Positions 48,306 through 60,613 of a stretch of 64,000 bases of DNA are shown here, in pieces. The stretch spans positions 124,001-188,000 of the forward strand of contig ML996705.1 of assembly GCA_010356995.1 (NCBI GenBank). Direction: 5' to 3'. The notes below the pieces were generated by a model. The model ran no database searches, was not told the origin of the DNA, and saw only the letters and a program-made list of their open reading frames with translations. The position numbers and the translations under genes were made by a program. This stretch comes from Trichodelitschia bisporula (taxonomy: Eukaryota). Positions within the stretch are counted from its first letter, which is position 1, and each line of letters opens with the position of its first letter.

Positions 48306-48809
48306 ATGGCTTTTCCAACGAGAGGCTCCGGCTTTGCGCAAGAGCAGCTTAACGCGAAGCTTGCTGCTATCTGGTGGGATATTGCCACCGAGGAGATCGA
48401 GTCGGAAATCAAGGACCTAAAGGCAAAAGGGTCTAGCAATTGGTTTCCGCTGAAGATGCTTCAGGACAAACTGAAAACTATCAAAGATAACCACTCTCTC
48501 GCAAACGCCGAGCTCGCAATGACGCGCCTCACTGTCAACGAGAAGGACGAAGTTGAATTGCCCAAGATCGTGGCTTCACTTATAACGGTTGAAGACCGCA
48601 CCAGGGAAACTAGGGCGCAGATATTATACGAGGAGGCTCTTGCCCAGTCGAGAAGCTTGACCTCCGAGAGAGCTCTTTCCAGGAAGGCTGCGCAGGGCCG
48701 AAATGTCAAGATTTGCATGGCCCTGCAGAAGTATGAAACGGAGATCAGACTCCTCCGGGAAGAGATCGAGATGGGGGCTTGCATGGATGGCCTTCGATGG
48801 ACAAGGTGA
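48306..48809 (+). CDS. Orphan coiled-coil protein; may continue into 48779-49180 through a frameshift or intron
   Basis: Good start context (CTACCATGG) and a 167-aa helical ORF. ETEIRLLREEI resembles the family motif EMEIALLREAI. Confidence 0.5.
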   Translation: MAFPTRGSGFAQEQLNAKLAAIWWDIATEEIESEIKDLKAKGSSNWFPLKMLQDKLKTIKDNHSLANAELAMTRLTVNEKDEVELPKIVASLITVEDRTRETRAQILYEEALAQSRSLTSERALSRKAAQGRNVKICMALQKYETEIRLLREEIEMGACMDGLRWTR

Positions 48810-50656
48810 GTTTTCCCCCAATACCTAGTGCCAGCTCACGCTTCGGGTTGGGTGATATCACCACTAGGATGAGGAGCCTTTCGGTTGACGGGGAGGGTTT
48901 TGATATCCCAATGCCTGACGCCAGCTTAAGCATTGCCCCAGTACCTGGCTCAAGGTCCATGTTTGACCCAATACCTCCCACCAGGTCAACCTTCGCCCTT
49001 CCCCCTCCCCCCCCCCCCCCCCCTGCTCCCCCCCCCACCTCACTCTTTGACCCAAAAACTATCCCGCTATGCGTTCATGAGGCTAGGATGAAGGCTCTTG
49101 CGGTCTCCACGGTAGCCACCAGTGGCTGGACGGAGCCCAGCGACGGGATCGACAACCTCGAGGCCAAGTTAAAAGCATAAGAGCCAACCCCTGCTGGACC
49201 AGGTCTCCCGCAACGATAGACAGCATCGAGGGTGAGAGCTCAAGTTTCGGCGCCTCCAGCGGCAGGACCGGGTCCGGCGTTTCGACGAGAAAGCGCCCGT
49301 TTTACATGAAGGCGAAGGATAGGCCTATGGTAAGGCCAGTAAGGGGAGATGACATCTTGATGAGGAGAGTCGACCGCAACAGGGGGGTGGCCAGAGGCAG
49401 GTTCGTTGCGCAGCTCCGGAATCTTCCTTTTACGGCGGCCGAGGGCGCGGTAGACGTGATCGGTCAAGCCCGTGGCATGCTAAGGCGTTTGACTAACGGA
49501 GTTAGACTACTCTTTAATAGGGAATAAATATCAAGAAGAAACATACCTACTTGCACTGCAGCTGGTGAAGTGAACTTTGGAGTGACTGTGCTGTAGAACT
49601 AATGTGTCAAGTCCATCAAGAAAATTTCCGGTACTTATACCCGTGACAGGCTGCCGGGTGGACGCTAAAAAAGCCTTGGATAAGGCATGCCCGTAAGACC
49701 TTAGGCAATGTCATAAGATCTTTAGGGAGGCTCTCGTGCTTTCGTTTGGCCCATTGTCTTGCGGTCGCCCGGACAGCTTGACCTCAACAGCAACAGAAGC
49801 GTATGAAACGTGCCAGATTCAAGAGAGTGAAACGCAAGATTAGGCAAGGCGAATATATGCAGTACGCAGCACATCGGCTCTCGGACGGGTCGCCGCAAAG
49901 CCGAGAATCTCAAAGGTGCTGGTGAAGCAGGCGAAATCGCTAGCGACGGGTCGCATTATCGGAGGAAAAATGGATCAAGGGCTGGGTGGAAAAGTCGTGG
50001 GCAGCCCCGCCTGGTAGCCTCTGCATTTTACTTTTGACTTCTAGCTTGTGATATTGATTATACCTCAGTGATGCGGATCACCCCTTGACGAACTCGAGCC
50101 ACAGCCCCTAAATAGTGAAATTCCGCATTGAAGACCGATGAGGCCGACAGCATTTTGGGTCATCTGGCGGGTGGAATCACTATCCATTCCGCTGAACGTC
50201 TTGCTCAGATATGTGCCCGGTGCCATTTATTGGGCGAGACTTCCTCACGTGGTATCTGATACCGCTTGATCGGGCACCATTCTCAGCTGACTGTTGCTCA
50301 ATTGGGCATAAAGTATCGGGAATTACTCCTTAAAACTCTCTGCGGCTTCATGTGCTAACCCCCGGACATTACAAAAAGTACCGCCCGGTTGGTGTGCGTC
50401 TCCAACCCAAGCCCCGGAAAGGCGGCGCCTGCCACGAGACCAATCGAAGCCGGAGCATCAAAGATCACACTTGCGCAGCCCAGAGTCCCAGAAGATACCA
50501 CATACTTTACAACAAAATCACAGCCCGAACGCAGCGAAACACAAGCATGGACGGTCCCTCACACATGAGCTCAAGCCGACATCGTCGCTCACTCCCCAGA
50601 CCGCAACACCACCTTATAAGCGACGCTCGCTGCTCTAATCTTCCCTCCCTCAAGCA

Positions 50657-50793
50657 GCTCCAAGAAATTGGAGCATTCCCCGCAGGCTCCAAGAAACTGG
50701 AGCATCCCCTGCAGGCTCCAAGAAATTGAAGCAGGCCCCCCTCCGCTCCAAAGCAATTGAAGCATTCTCCCCCGCTCCAAAGCAATGAAGCAT
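50657..50793. repeat. Five 29-30 bp tandem repeats with an internal inverted repeat (GCTCCA-N6-TGGAGC)
   Basis: Units start at 50657, 50686, 50715, 50745 and 50774. Confidence 0.8.
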
Positions 50794-50810
50794 CGAACTT
50801 ACCTGCAAAG

Positions 50811-51896
50811 ATGGGTAGATACATGGTCATTCGGGAGTGGCTGACCGGGTGTCTAAACCGCCCCGGTTGCGCAAACCGCCCCTTCCGCACCCACAGCGTC
50901 TGGGTCCCTTACCCCGCCGATTTCGAGTACACAATTGATCCCAACGGCATCGCCTTCGCCGACACGGAAGTGGAGGGCATGTGCACGAACTGCCGCATAA
51001 TCTGGGAAGCGCAGATGCAAGAGAAAGTCGATGCGCTCATCGACTCGACTCGGCTCGAAACGGGGCCTGATCCGTGGCTCGAGGCACAAGAAGCCGAAGC
51101 CGAGTCCGACGCGCAGATCGAGGCCCCGCGGGAGTGCTTCGTGATCTTCCGCGAATGGGCCCGCGCTTGTCTCTACGGCGATGCATGCACCAAGCTCCCC
51201 CTCACCAGCTGGGCCGAGTGGCGCACCCATCTCGCCGATATGAACGGCGAGGAAGACGGCACGGGGCTCGGCTGGGTCGACACCGAGGTACTGGGTATTT
51301 GCGAGGGGTGCCAGCGCACGAAGGACGAGTGGGCCGCGGCGTGGGCGTTCGAAGTCGAGAAGGAGAAGGAACTAACAAAGCAGACGAACGAGCGGTTGGA
51401 GGCCAAGATCCGCCAGAGCCAGGAACGCTTTGCGGAGCTGAGTCTGCAGCACAGGAGGCAGATTATCCCTGCGATACTAGAGCAGATGCCAGGCCGCCTG
51501 ATGGACCTGAATTTGGGTACCGAGGAGCCAGAGCGGCCAAGCGGAGCCCCGCCGAACGAGGCTGAATTTCTCACCGCACAAGGTGCCGGTCACAAGTTCG
51601 TCCTTCCGATTAGAGGGCGCGCTGGTGCGGACACGGGTCCCGGTTTGAAGCGCCCCGGCGCAGACACGGGCCCTGGGCTGAAGCGCCAGAGTACTTGGAT
51701 GGCGGTGAATGATCCGCAGGATCAGGAGCCGAGCGAGCCAAGTGCGAAGCGTAAGAAGATCGAGGTGAGGCTGGGCCGGATGGGCGAAGCCGAGTTTTTG
51801 GCCTCGAGGGGTGCGACTCACAGCTTCAGCCTCCCGGTTAGAGCTCGGCCCGAGAAGTGCAAGCGCGAGGACGGCGGGGAAGAACCCGAAGATTGA
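50811..51896 (+). CDS. Orphan protein with two tandem Cys4 (putative Zn-binding) domains and a coiled coil
   Basis: Internal duplication: VIREWLTGCLNRPGC..DTEVEGMCTNC and IFREWARACLYGDAC..DTEVLGICEGC. EAEFLxxxGAxHxFxLPxR and GADTGPGLKR each occur twice. Confidence 0.65.
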   Translation: MGRYMVIREWLTGCLNRPGCANRPFRTHSVWVPYPADFEYTIDPNGIAFADTEVEGMCTNCRIIWEAQMQEKVDALIDSTRLETGPDPWLEAQEAEAESDAQIEAPRECFVIFREWARACLYGDACTKLPLTSWAEWRTHLADMNGEEDGTGLGWVDTEVLGICEGCQRTKDEWAAAWAFEVEKEKELTKQTNERLEAKIRQSQERFAELSLQHRRQIIPAILEQMPGRLMDLNLGTEEPERPSGAPPNEAEFLTAQGAGHKFVLPIRGRAGADTGPGLKRPGADTGPGLKRQSTWMAVNDPQDQEPSEPSAKRKKIEVRLGRMGEAEFLASRGATHSFSLPVRARPEKCKREDGGEEPED

Positions 51897-52904
51897 AAAG
51901 CCGACTGAACTGACCGAGGCGATTCCGAAGCGGACGAGGGGCGAGGACGGGAAAGCGGATTGACGGCGCAAGGAGTTATGGATAGAGAGCAGACTATAAG
52001 GTGCGAGAAAATAGAAAAGAAAAGGTGCGATACTAACAAACTTAGACCCAGTATGCTAGTGATACTAGTGACCCGGTGACTCGACGATGCCCAATCATGA
52101 CCCGACTGCTTCGCCCCAAAAGGCAAAGCATTGCGCTGAGCCGGAGTAAATGATGACGATACATGACTTCTGAGAGTGACAACGCAGTCCCAGCAGACAT
52201 TTTTGAACCTTACGGAGCCGCGGAGCTGTGCACCTGCAGAGAGTACTTAGAAAGCAGCGGCATCGAATGTGTCGGACATTCTTAAGAAAGTGACCAGCCC
52301 GGATCGCGGAGTCGGGCCGAAGTTGCGAAGTCCTCGTTCAGCCCGCTCACATCCAGGGGAAAGCATGAGCGCGTAGCGTAGCGCCGCGGTGGGTAGTGCG
52401 CGTCGTTCGCGAGGCTACCATCGCGTGCCGGTACTCCATGCCGGACCCGAGCACGCGGTGTCCGCATGAGCGGGGAAATGGGAGCAAATGATATGACTGG
52501 AGCAGGACGTCAGTCTCACGAGCTCTCTCCCATGTACAGTATGCATACTCACTCACGAAGTTCACCACCTCCTCAGCCCACCCCTACCCTCCCTCACACA
52601 GCTCCCAGAAATACATCCGCACGACCCCAAAAAATCACCATGGTATCGATTAACTCAGTACAAGCCCCACACCCAGCCAGCTCGCCTAACAACAGCTTGC
52701 GCATCCTACAAAGGGCCCCCAAAGTTCACTCAGATGCGCCCAAAAACGGGCTCACCATACCCTCCAGCCAAGCCCTGGGAATACCTCAAACCCCCACTCT
52801 TGCCTCAGAATCAGGCCGAAGAACACGCCGAAACGCCCCCAAGGAACAACAACCGGAACCATTCCCTACGCTCCCCTACACTACACCTACGTCGGACGAA
52901 AAAA

Positions 52905-55020
52905 CTACCCATCAACAAGCCCCTTCTGACTCTGCCCGCCCCCCAGACCCAACAACTCCAGACACCGGCGCGCCAGACCCACAACCTCACCATCTCCCTC
53001 ATCTTCCTCCTCCCCTGCCCCATCCCCCTCTACACTAACCGCCTTCTCTGCAATCCGCCTCACCATACCTACAATCCCCTCACTGTCGCGAATACGGCCT
53101 ACAAGCCGCTCATCCCCGCTCTCGAGCAGCTGCAGCAGCGTCCAGATAGCAATGTGCTGGAAGGTAGCATCCTCGCTCTCCAAAAAGCGCGTCAAGTACC
53201 CGTGGACACCGCCGCGCGGCTCCGTCCACTTCTGCAGGAAGAGGGAGTAATCCGCAACTGGGGTTGTTAGTATTGGCATTTACGAGATGTACCATGCGGG
53301 TAGGTGCTAGGCACGGGACCTACCTTTCGAGCTGAGATTCCCGAGCGCCGCGGCGCTATTGCCCTGCACTTCGACACTCTCTGACTCCGTGAGCGGGATG
53401 AGTACGTCGAACACGCCGAGGTCGAGCAGGCGCGGCTTGAGCTCGTCGCTGAGCGCGAGGACGGCAATGGCAGCCGTCATCTCGCTCTGCACGCTGAGAG
53501 GCACATGCAGCACAAGCTCGTTGCACTTATTCACAGCGCCGGCCTGCAGAACCAGCTCCTTGTTCTTGTCGCTCGAGGCAGCGAGGTTGCGCAGCGTACT
53601 AATAGCGTGGCACTGGATTTCCTCATTGTCGGTGCTGCCGAGCAGATCAACGAGCGGCGTCAAGAAGCCAGCCTCGATGATCGGCGACTCGTTCGCCGGA
53701 TGAATGCTGATGTTGCGGATGCAGGCCACGGCCGAGAGGATGAGGGGCAGGTAGGTCGACTTCAGCAGCTTGAGCAGCGGGGGCAAGCCGTGCGAGCGCA
53801 CAATGTCGAGCTGATAGCGCTCATCGGACGCGAGGTTGCGCAGCGCGAGGGCGGCCTGGCACTGCACCTTCGGAGCCTGGGACTCCATTAGCTTGACGAG
53901 GGCCTGTACGAGGCGCGGCTCCGTCGCGGCCAGCTTCTTGCGGTTCGTGGCGTCGACGGCGATGTTGCTCAGCGCCGTCGTGCAGTAGTACTGCACGTCG
54001 ACATCGGATGAGCCGAGGAGCTGTACCAGTACGGGGATGGCGCCGGCGCTGACGAGCTGCTGCCGATTTTCGTCTGAGGGGAAAGGGTTAGAGCCAAAAG
54101 CTACGCAGAGTGTGGGATACCCACCCGAGTGCGTCATGTTTAGCAATGCGCCCGTCGCGTTGCGCTGCACCCGCATGTCTTTGCTCTTTGCAAGGCGCGT
54201 AAGCGGGCCCAGTGCGCCGGACTTTGCAATCTTGGCCTTGTTCTCTTCGTGCGTCGCGAGGTTGGTGATGCAGCCGACGGCGTTGCACTGCACCTCGACA
54301 TTGATGCTGTTCATCTGCTTGATGAGGGGGATGAGCCCGCCGAGCTCAACGATCTTCACCTTGTTCTCTGCTACGGGGTGTTAGCTGGACCCTGACGTCA
54401 GTAGGCGGACGTACCGTTGACGGCCAAGTTTCCCAGCGCCGCGCTAGCCGCACGCTGCACCTCGGTGTCGGCATTTTGCAGCAGGAAGAGGATAGGGTCA
54501 AGGGTGTCACGGCCGACCTCACGCACATCTTGCCCATTAGTCTTGCCCCAGTATAAGTGTAGAGTATCATACCGCGCTCCGTGATCTCGGCGAACGTCAG
54601 ACTCGCGCTCCGCTGCAGGTCCACATTGTCTGAGTATACGAGGGTTGTGAGCGCCTCGAGGGCCGGCCCAGAGAAGAAGTCGGTTTCCGCGCGCTAGGCG
54701 GTTAGCAAAATGGAGGGAAGGCAGAAGGGTACAGGAAACCCACGTGTTCGAGGTATCCTGCGAGTGGTTAGCATCTTAAAGAGTTGCAAAACGTCAGAGT
54801 CGACATACCGAGCAAGTCAGACACGGCATCCCGCTCCGAGTCCTGCAGCACTAGCACCCGTCAGTTTCTTCCGCTTCCTCTCCGCCGCGAGCTACCCACC
54901 CGGTTCATAGAGGCTGTCCTTGGAGCGACCTAGCAACCATTAACTGTGTGCCTGTCAAACAGGCACGAAAAACCAACCGCCGCATCCGCAACAGCCAAAC
55001 AGCCTCCGACAGAAAGCCAT
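52905..55020 (-). CDS. VAC8: Vacuolar protein 8 (armadillo repeats)
   Basis: [73 protein letters not shown] and [16 protein letters not shown]. Many short introns; Cys-rich N-terminus from ATG 55020. Confidence 0.95.
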
Positions 55021-56847
55021 GACGACCTCCGCGGCGCAGGGCCGGTGCAGCGCTCTGAGCTAGTGCGAAACAAAGAAGATGCTTGAAACACGAGGTCAAT
55101 GATGTTAGTGAGGTGCGAACGGGTTCTCGTTGACGATGGTGACGTTTGGATGATGGATGGGGGTTTGTTGGGTGGTGGGTGGGTGTTGTGGCTTGGGAGC
55201 TGCAGCTGAGGACGATTCGACGTTTGGTTAGGGACGGGGGTGGGTGGGTGCCCGGCGGTGGTGGAGCGTGTGGTTGCTCGGCGCGCGCGGCTCTCTGCGT
55301 CAGTCACTTCTCTCTTTGTTTCTGCCACTCTTTCTTTTCTTCACTCACCCTCTATCTCTCTGTTGCTGGAGTAATCAGTTCGTCGGTGGGCACAACGGCA
55401 ACAACGACTCTCGTGAGATGGGGTGAATTGCTGCAGCAGCTGGCTATCAACACAACAAAACAGAAGCAGCAGCTTAAGACATCCCCCTCGTGCCCCGAAC
55501 TACGTAGTCAATCGCCAAAAAACTTCGTCTCGACAGCGCATCACCACCACCACTCCCCCTCCCCCCAAGTGCCACTTGCACGCAATCGGATTGGCTCCCG
55601 CCCCTTGCTCCGCCGTGCAGCATCGCCCGCACCGCCCGCATCGCCATCCACCACCTCACATCTTCGTTGGCAACGCCGCCCACTCCTCGCCCAAGTCATT
55701 AGGCACTGTTGATCCTCGAACGACTCCAGCGCATGCGCTGCCCCATCATTGTCTGCGAGCGAAATGCCCTGGAATGCAAACTCTGCACACTGCACAGGGT
55801 GGCCAATCCTGGGCATGTCCTTTGCGCTGACCGTTTCATGCCCCCCGGCTGTTTAGCGCAGGCTCTCCGCGCTTATCTGCGCTTGTGCGCGCTTGTGAGC
55901 TGGGGAAGAATGTTCCGATTCGTCCAAGGCCACCTGATAAAGTCATGGCCGCCATGACATGCAAAAATGCCCAGGCATGGACACCGCAAGTTTTTGGCGT
56001 GTCCCCTGGTCCTGAACTACCCGGTAGTCATGGCCGCTTCTTCCACGTGTAGCTACCCGGCAACGAGCAACCTTAAGTTGACTTGTTCGTACAACCGATA
56101 CTGACGGACTGCGTGCTTTTCACCTGGCTGGGTTTGTGGTCAATCTGCTCCTATTATTGAGTCTGTAAAACAGAAGATGTGTCGTCATCGAGGGTCCAGA
56201 CTTTGTCAAATTGCGCTTGGTGGGTCCAGGATGAGGGTGGGCCGATTCGGCTGGCTACCCAGTAATTTGTTATGGCCGCCGTTGGACTTTGCGAACGACG
56301 GGTAACCGCCTAGCAACGGGTAAGCTTGATCCACTTGCTCCCGGTGCCGAAGCCGTGAAACCGAATATGTCGGTGTTTAGGGCCCCGGCTTGTCCAGTCG
56401 CACTCGGCCGGTCCGTGAAGACGGCCATATCAGGTGATATGAACTAAGGAAGGGGCATTGGTATCCTGAAAGGAGCATATTCGTCTGAGGAAGTGACAAA
56501 GGGCAGACTGGAAGGAGCACTGGGTGAGCGTAGAAGGAGCATACGTGGCAAGCACTGTATCTGGATGTAAGTCGTCCCGCCGCTCACCTTCTCTTGTTCC
56601 TCGTCTCTCATTTCACTTTCCATCATGTACTCGATTTCGCATAGGGGCTGCCGCGACGCTCCCATCCTCAGGCCCACTTGCTCATGGACTTCCACGACTA
56701 GCTCTAGTCAGAGATACAGCATACATTCTGAACCCATTCATCACAGAACATCCAAGGCCCAGTTATTACCCAGACCCCATCTCCCATGCAAACCCCGTCC
56801 ATCCAGCCCCGAAAAGCACTTTTATGTCCCGTCCATCCAACCCCACA

Positions 56848-57870
56848 TCAGTCCCTCCAATACAACCACCCCTGATACCGCATATTCTCCACCACCAACG
56901 GGTATCTCAACCCCTCAGGAGCCCTCCACCACCGCCCCTCAATCCCCCACCCCTTCTCCCACCCCCCGCCCTCACGCATAAACGTCCAATCCACAAGCCA
57001 GCCCAGCGGATATCTCCTCCCCTTCTCTCCAATCTCAACCTCCCCATAACTCCCCGCAGAATCCACAACCAGCACCCCAGCGCCCGGACTCAACCCCTCC
57101 CCCACCGCCGCCAGAAACCCTTGCGTATCCGGCACACTAGCGGCATACATCTCCCCCAGCGTGAACATAACGGTGATCAAATCCGCGCCCCGGACCAGAT
57201 TCCCCACTTCTTCGCTCCTCAAGGAGAGCACATCCCTTCGCACAAACTCCACCGCGACCTCGTCCCCCAGCGCCCCAGCCAACCGCTCCACACACGCCCC
57301 CCAGTCCGCAACATCAACCAGCACAACCGTGACCTTGCAATCCAACCCTCTCCCCTCCTTCAGCATCCTCACCGCGCCCACCAAGCCCAGAAGCTCCGCT
57401 CCGGCCCCACCTCCCACACACACAACCCTCACACCCTCCTTCCCATCCTCTCCACCTCCTCCCCTTCCAGCTCCTATCCTCCTCCCCACCGCCCCGCGCA
57501 CGGCCTCTGCGAAGATACCCGCATAGCAGCCCGCGCGCCCTGCACTCCAGCGCACGACATACGCTTCTCGTCCCTCTTCCGTCCCAAACGCACCCTCAAA
57601 ATCCCGCTTAAACAGAGCCGCTTTAACAGATTGAATATCCTCCGCTAGCGCGCCATTGAACCGCGCGTTGAACGTTTCGCGCACGAGGGCGAGGAGTGCT
57701 TGGTGTGTTTCCAATGGTAGAGCGGGGAAGGGCGGGGGAGCAGGAGCGATGGGGGCCGTGGTGGTTGCGGTTGTTGTTGTTGAGGAAGGAGGGGGTTTGG
57801 AAGTGGAGGTTGAGGCGAGGGCGCGAGGCTTGCCCTTGACTTTGGTGGCTTGTTTGTCGCGTTTTGCCAT
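56848..57870 (-). CDS. BMT6: 25S rRNA uridine-N3 methyltransferase (Bmt6 / Methyltransf_34 family)
   Basis: Motifs AYVVRWSAGRA, VVCVGGGAGAE (SAM-binding), LITVMFTLGEM, LVVDSAGSY and YPL..ENMRYQ. Confidence 0.8.
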   Translation of the reverse strand: MAKRDKQATKVKGKPRALASTSTSKPPPSSTTTTATTTAPIAPAPPPFPALPLETHQALLALVRETFNARFNGALAEDIQSVKAALFKRDFEGAFGTEEGREAYVVRWSAGRAGCYAGIFAEAVRGAVGRRIGAGRGGGGEDGKEGVRVVCVGGGAGAELLGLVGAVRMLKEGRGLDCKVTVVLVDVADWGACVERLAGALGDEVAVEFVRRDVLSLRSEEVGNLVRGADLITVMFTLGEMYAASVPDTQGFLAAVGEGLSPGAGVLVVDSAGSYGEVEIGEKGRRYPLGWLVDWTFMREGGGWEKGWGIEGRWWRAPEGLRYPLVVENMRYQGWLYWRD

Positions 57871-60613
57871 GGTCGAGGTGCAGGGCGGGTAAAGATGTTG
57901 TGTCGTGCATCTGATATCTGCGTTTTAGCCGCGGGTGGGGCCGCGATTAGGCGCATGCCGCCCCCGGTCTACTGGGGCATGCCAAGCGCGCGTCTGTCCG
58001 CTAGCTGGCAACATTACCCGCTCCAACATCAACCTCAACAGATTGATACTTTAATACGTATAGCTTCCACCATCAAAGGGTGGCCCGTGGCTTCCAACGT
58101 CCAAGACAGACACGCAACTTCCAATATGTTCTGGAATTTGTGGAGTACAAAGATGGGCCACTATCGCATGTCTCCTCCGCCACTCTACGAACCTTTGTCC
58201 TCACATTTGTTGGCCTTGAAATACTTCACGTAGCTCGCTAGGCCACCCACTCGCCCGTCCACCGCTTCTGACCTGACGGTATATTTTCCCAAGGCTCAGC
58301 TCCTCGTTTCGTCTTTTCAAAAACAACGAAGATGAAACGCAAACACAGCGTCCTCTGCCGGAATATGCCCTTAAGGCGCTTGCGAGGCTCTCGTCAAATC
58401 GCCCCCTTCGACCGGGTCCGCATAACAATATAAGTAGATGGAATGGTGGAGCCACCAATCGACAAGCGTTACTACATCCGTGTGGTAGAGCAGTAACACG
58501 CCTTTGGACGTCTTCGCCGGCCGAAGGAGCCCCGAAGCTACACCTCGTGGAAAAGAGTATAATGATCCACTTGCTGCACACTAAGCACCCGCTCCACCCG
58601 CCCCTCTCCCACCTCCGGCACATCGAACTTGATATGCCCAGGTCCCTTTTGCCGTCGCTCCGCCGACTCGCCCATGCGATGAACCAGGAGGCACACTGAC
58701 GGATTACACGTATGGTCGTGGGGGGCGCATTTCATTCGACGCCTGGTTAAAAGCTGCACGAAGAACACCCTGAAGATACGCTCGAGCGGTGGGAGCCACT
58801 GGAGTGCGCACATATCATTCCATCCGCCATGGGCCAAAAGGAAGGCGAGGAGGAAGATGCCACTCGCGTGGCCAGGATTTGGACAATGCTGGAGTGGCTC
58901 TTTCCGCGCCTGCAAGCCACCACCATCTCATCCGCGAATGTGACCTTCGATCGAGAAACGTGTTCATGACCACCCAGCCAATGCACTGGGCATTTGGGTC
59001 GTTTAGACTCGGGGCTGGAAAAAGTAAAGTAGCCAGCGGATTGACGACGGATTTAGGAATAATGGCTGACCTCCTCCTTCAGATACCGGACGAAGAAGGC
59101 GTCTATCGGCCCATCGGTTTTCGACTTCTTCGAACACGGCGGGGCCCTGCACGGCTCCCAATCCCCGCATGAGATTCACGACCGAAGACACGGCCTGCTA
59201 CCCCATCCCGAGCGAGGCCGCTTTCCAAGCCCACCTGACGCTCTGCCGCGGGTTTGAGATTTCCGGTCCCCGGCGCAACTGTCAACAGAATGTCTGACAC
59301 CTTCGCCGACAATAATCACGAACTGCCTGCAAACGGGGACATCCCCCCCGCGCTTCTTCACGATTACATCATGGTCTCGGTACCAGGGGCGTCAGGACAG
59401 CAATATCATGTTCATGGTCAGCATCACGGTGAATCGTTTATTACGACATGATTCCCCGGCCTCGGATACCTTATGAGGCAGCATCAGCAACATCATGGTT
59501 TCCAGCAAAGGGGCAGAATCGAGTCAGCGCGACAACTGTACCGGTTACACAGCCTTGACGACGTTCGAATGCATAAGCTGAACGGTAGACGATGAACGTT
59601 TGCTGGTGTGAAGCTGACACCATTTATCTCTCTCCAAGTCGTTCTCGCAATAATCGTGTCGCGGAATCGGCGTTGTGGTATCGGATTGACTGCTGTTGGC
59701 CATGGAAACCGTCTTGCTTAACGTCACGATGATGGTTTACCACGACGGTCATAGCACTTTTGCGGTACATGCCACTACCTCGTCTCGCAAAGGTTGCTTG
59801 CCTTCGATCTTGTTGGCCACGTCTCTGCAGTTGGAGTGAAGCGGGCGGCTGCGCACATAGGCTGGACATTGCTCATGGAAAGGAAAGCTCGTGGCTTTGA
59901 TTCATGTGCGTAAGTGTGTCGGCAATCCGCTGAAACCTGAAGATTGGGACGACGTCGGCTATCACGTGGGATCAGTTCTATATCTCGACACAATACGTGA
60001 AAGTCAGATCCATGGTGGGTCTATATTATCCGAGAGCCTTAAAGTCCTAAAGTAAAAAAAAGATATTATAGGCATCACAATGAAGGTGGCAAGCAGATTA
60101 CAATCCATATATTACAATTACACAACCCACCCATCCCCACCCATGCCGTGCCGCCGCGCCTGGGATTCGAAAGAGAATGGCAAAATCTGCCCAGAGGGGG
60201 GGGGGGGGGCTATGTACGACGTCCTCTCAAATTCCTACAAGAAAGCGCACGCCCGTGTAACGCTCAACTCCTCGCAAAAGTAAAAAAGTCCCTTCCCCTC
60301 CCGTTTCCATGCTGAACCTGTATTTGGCCCCCGTTGTGGAGATGTAGTGCCGATTTGAAGCAAAGATCCTCCCTCCCTTCCTTTGAGAACCGTAATGTGT
60401 TGTTTATGAGAAATTGATGGGTGGATGTGATTGTGCGTGTTGGTGTAGTATGGGGAACGTGGTGCAGAGAAAGTGTGTTGTAGCGGATTTTGGTGTCGTT
60501 CGTTCATTCAAGCCTCTCCAACCGGTCCCTCCGTCCCTAACCCGCAGCTCCACCGAAGATAAAGAAACGCGCGAGAGGCCCAGCGGACCGTTCCCGCCCA
60601 TAGGTCCAGTCGC

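Noticed and set aside
50657..50793. CRISPR-like palindromic repeats
   Set aside because: Linkers are only ~11 bp and similar to each other; this is a plain tandem repeat.
56524..57648. Long antisense ORFs (also 5126-6160, 8492-9454, 25255-26214, 62356-63384)
   Set aside because: They are shadows of GC-rich genes on the opposite strand and show no independent motifs.
58200..59993. Possible gene between BMT6 and the last gene
   Set aside because: Only short fragmented ORFs; no consistent exon chain or recognisable domain could be built.
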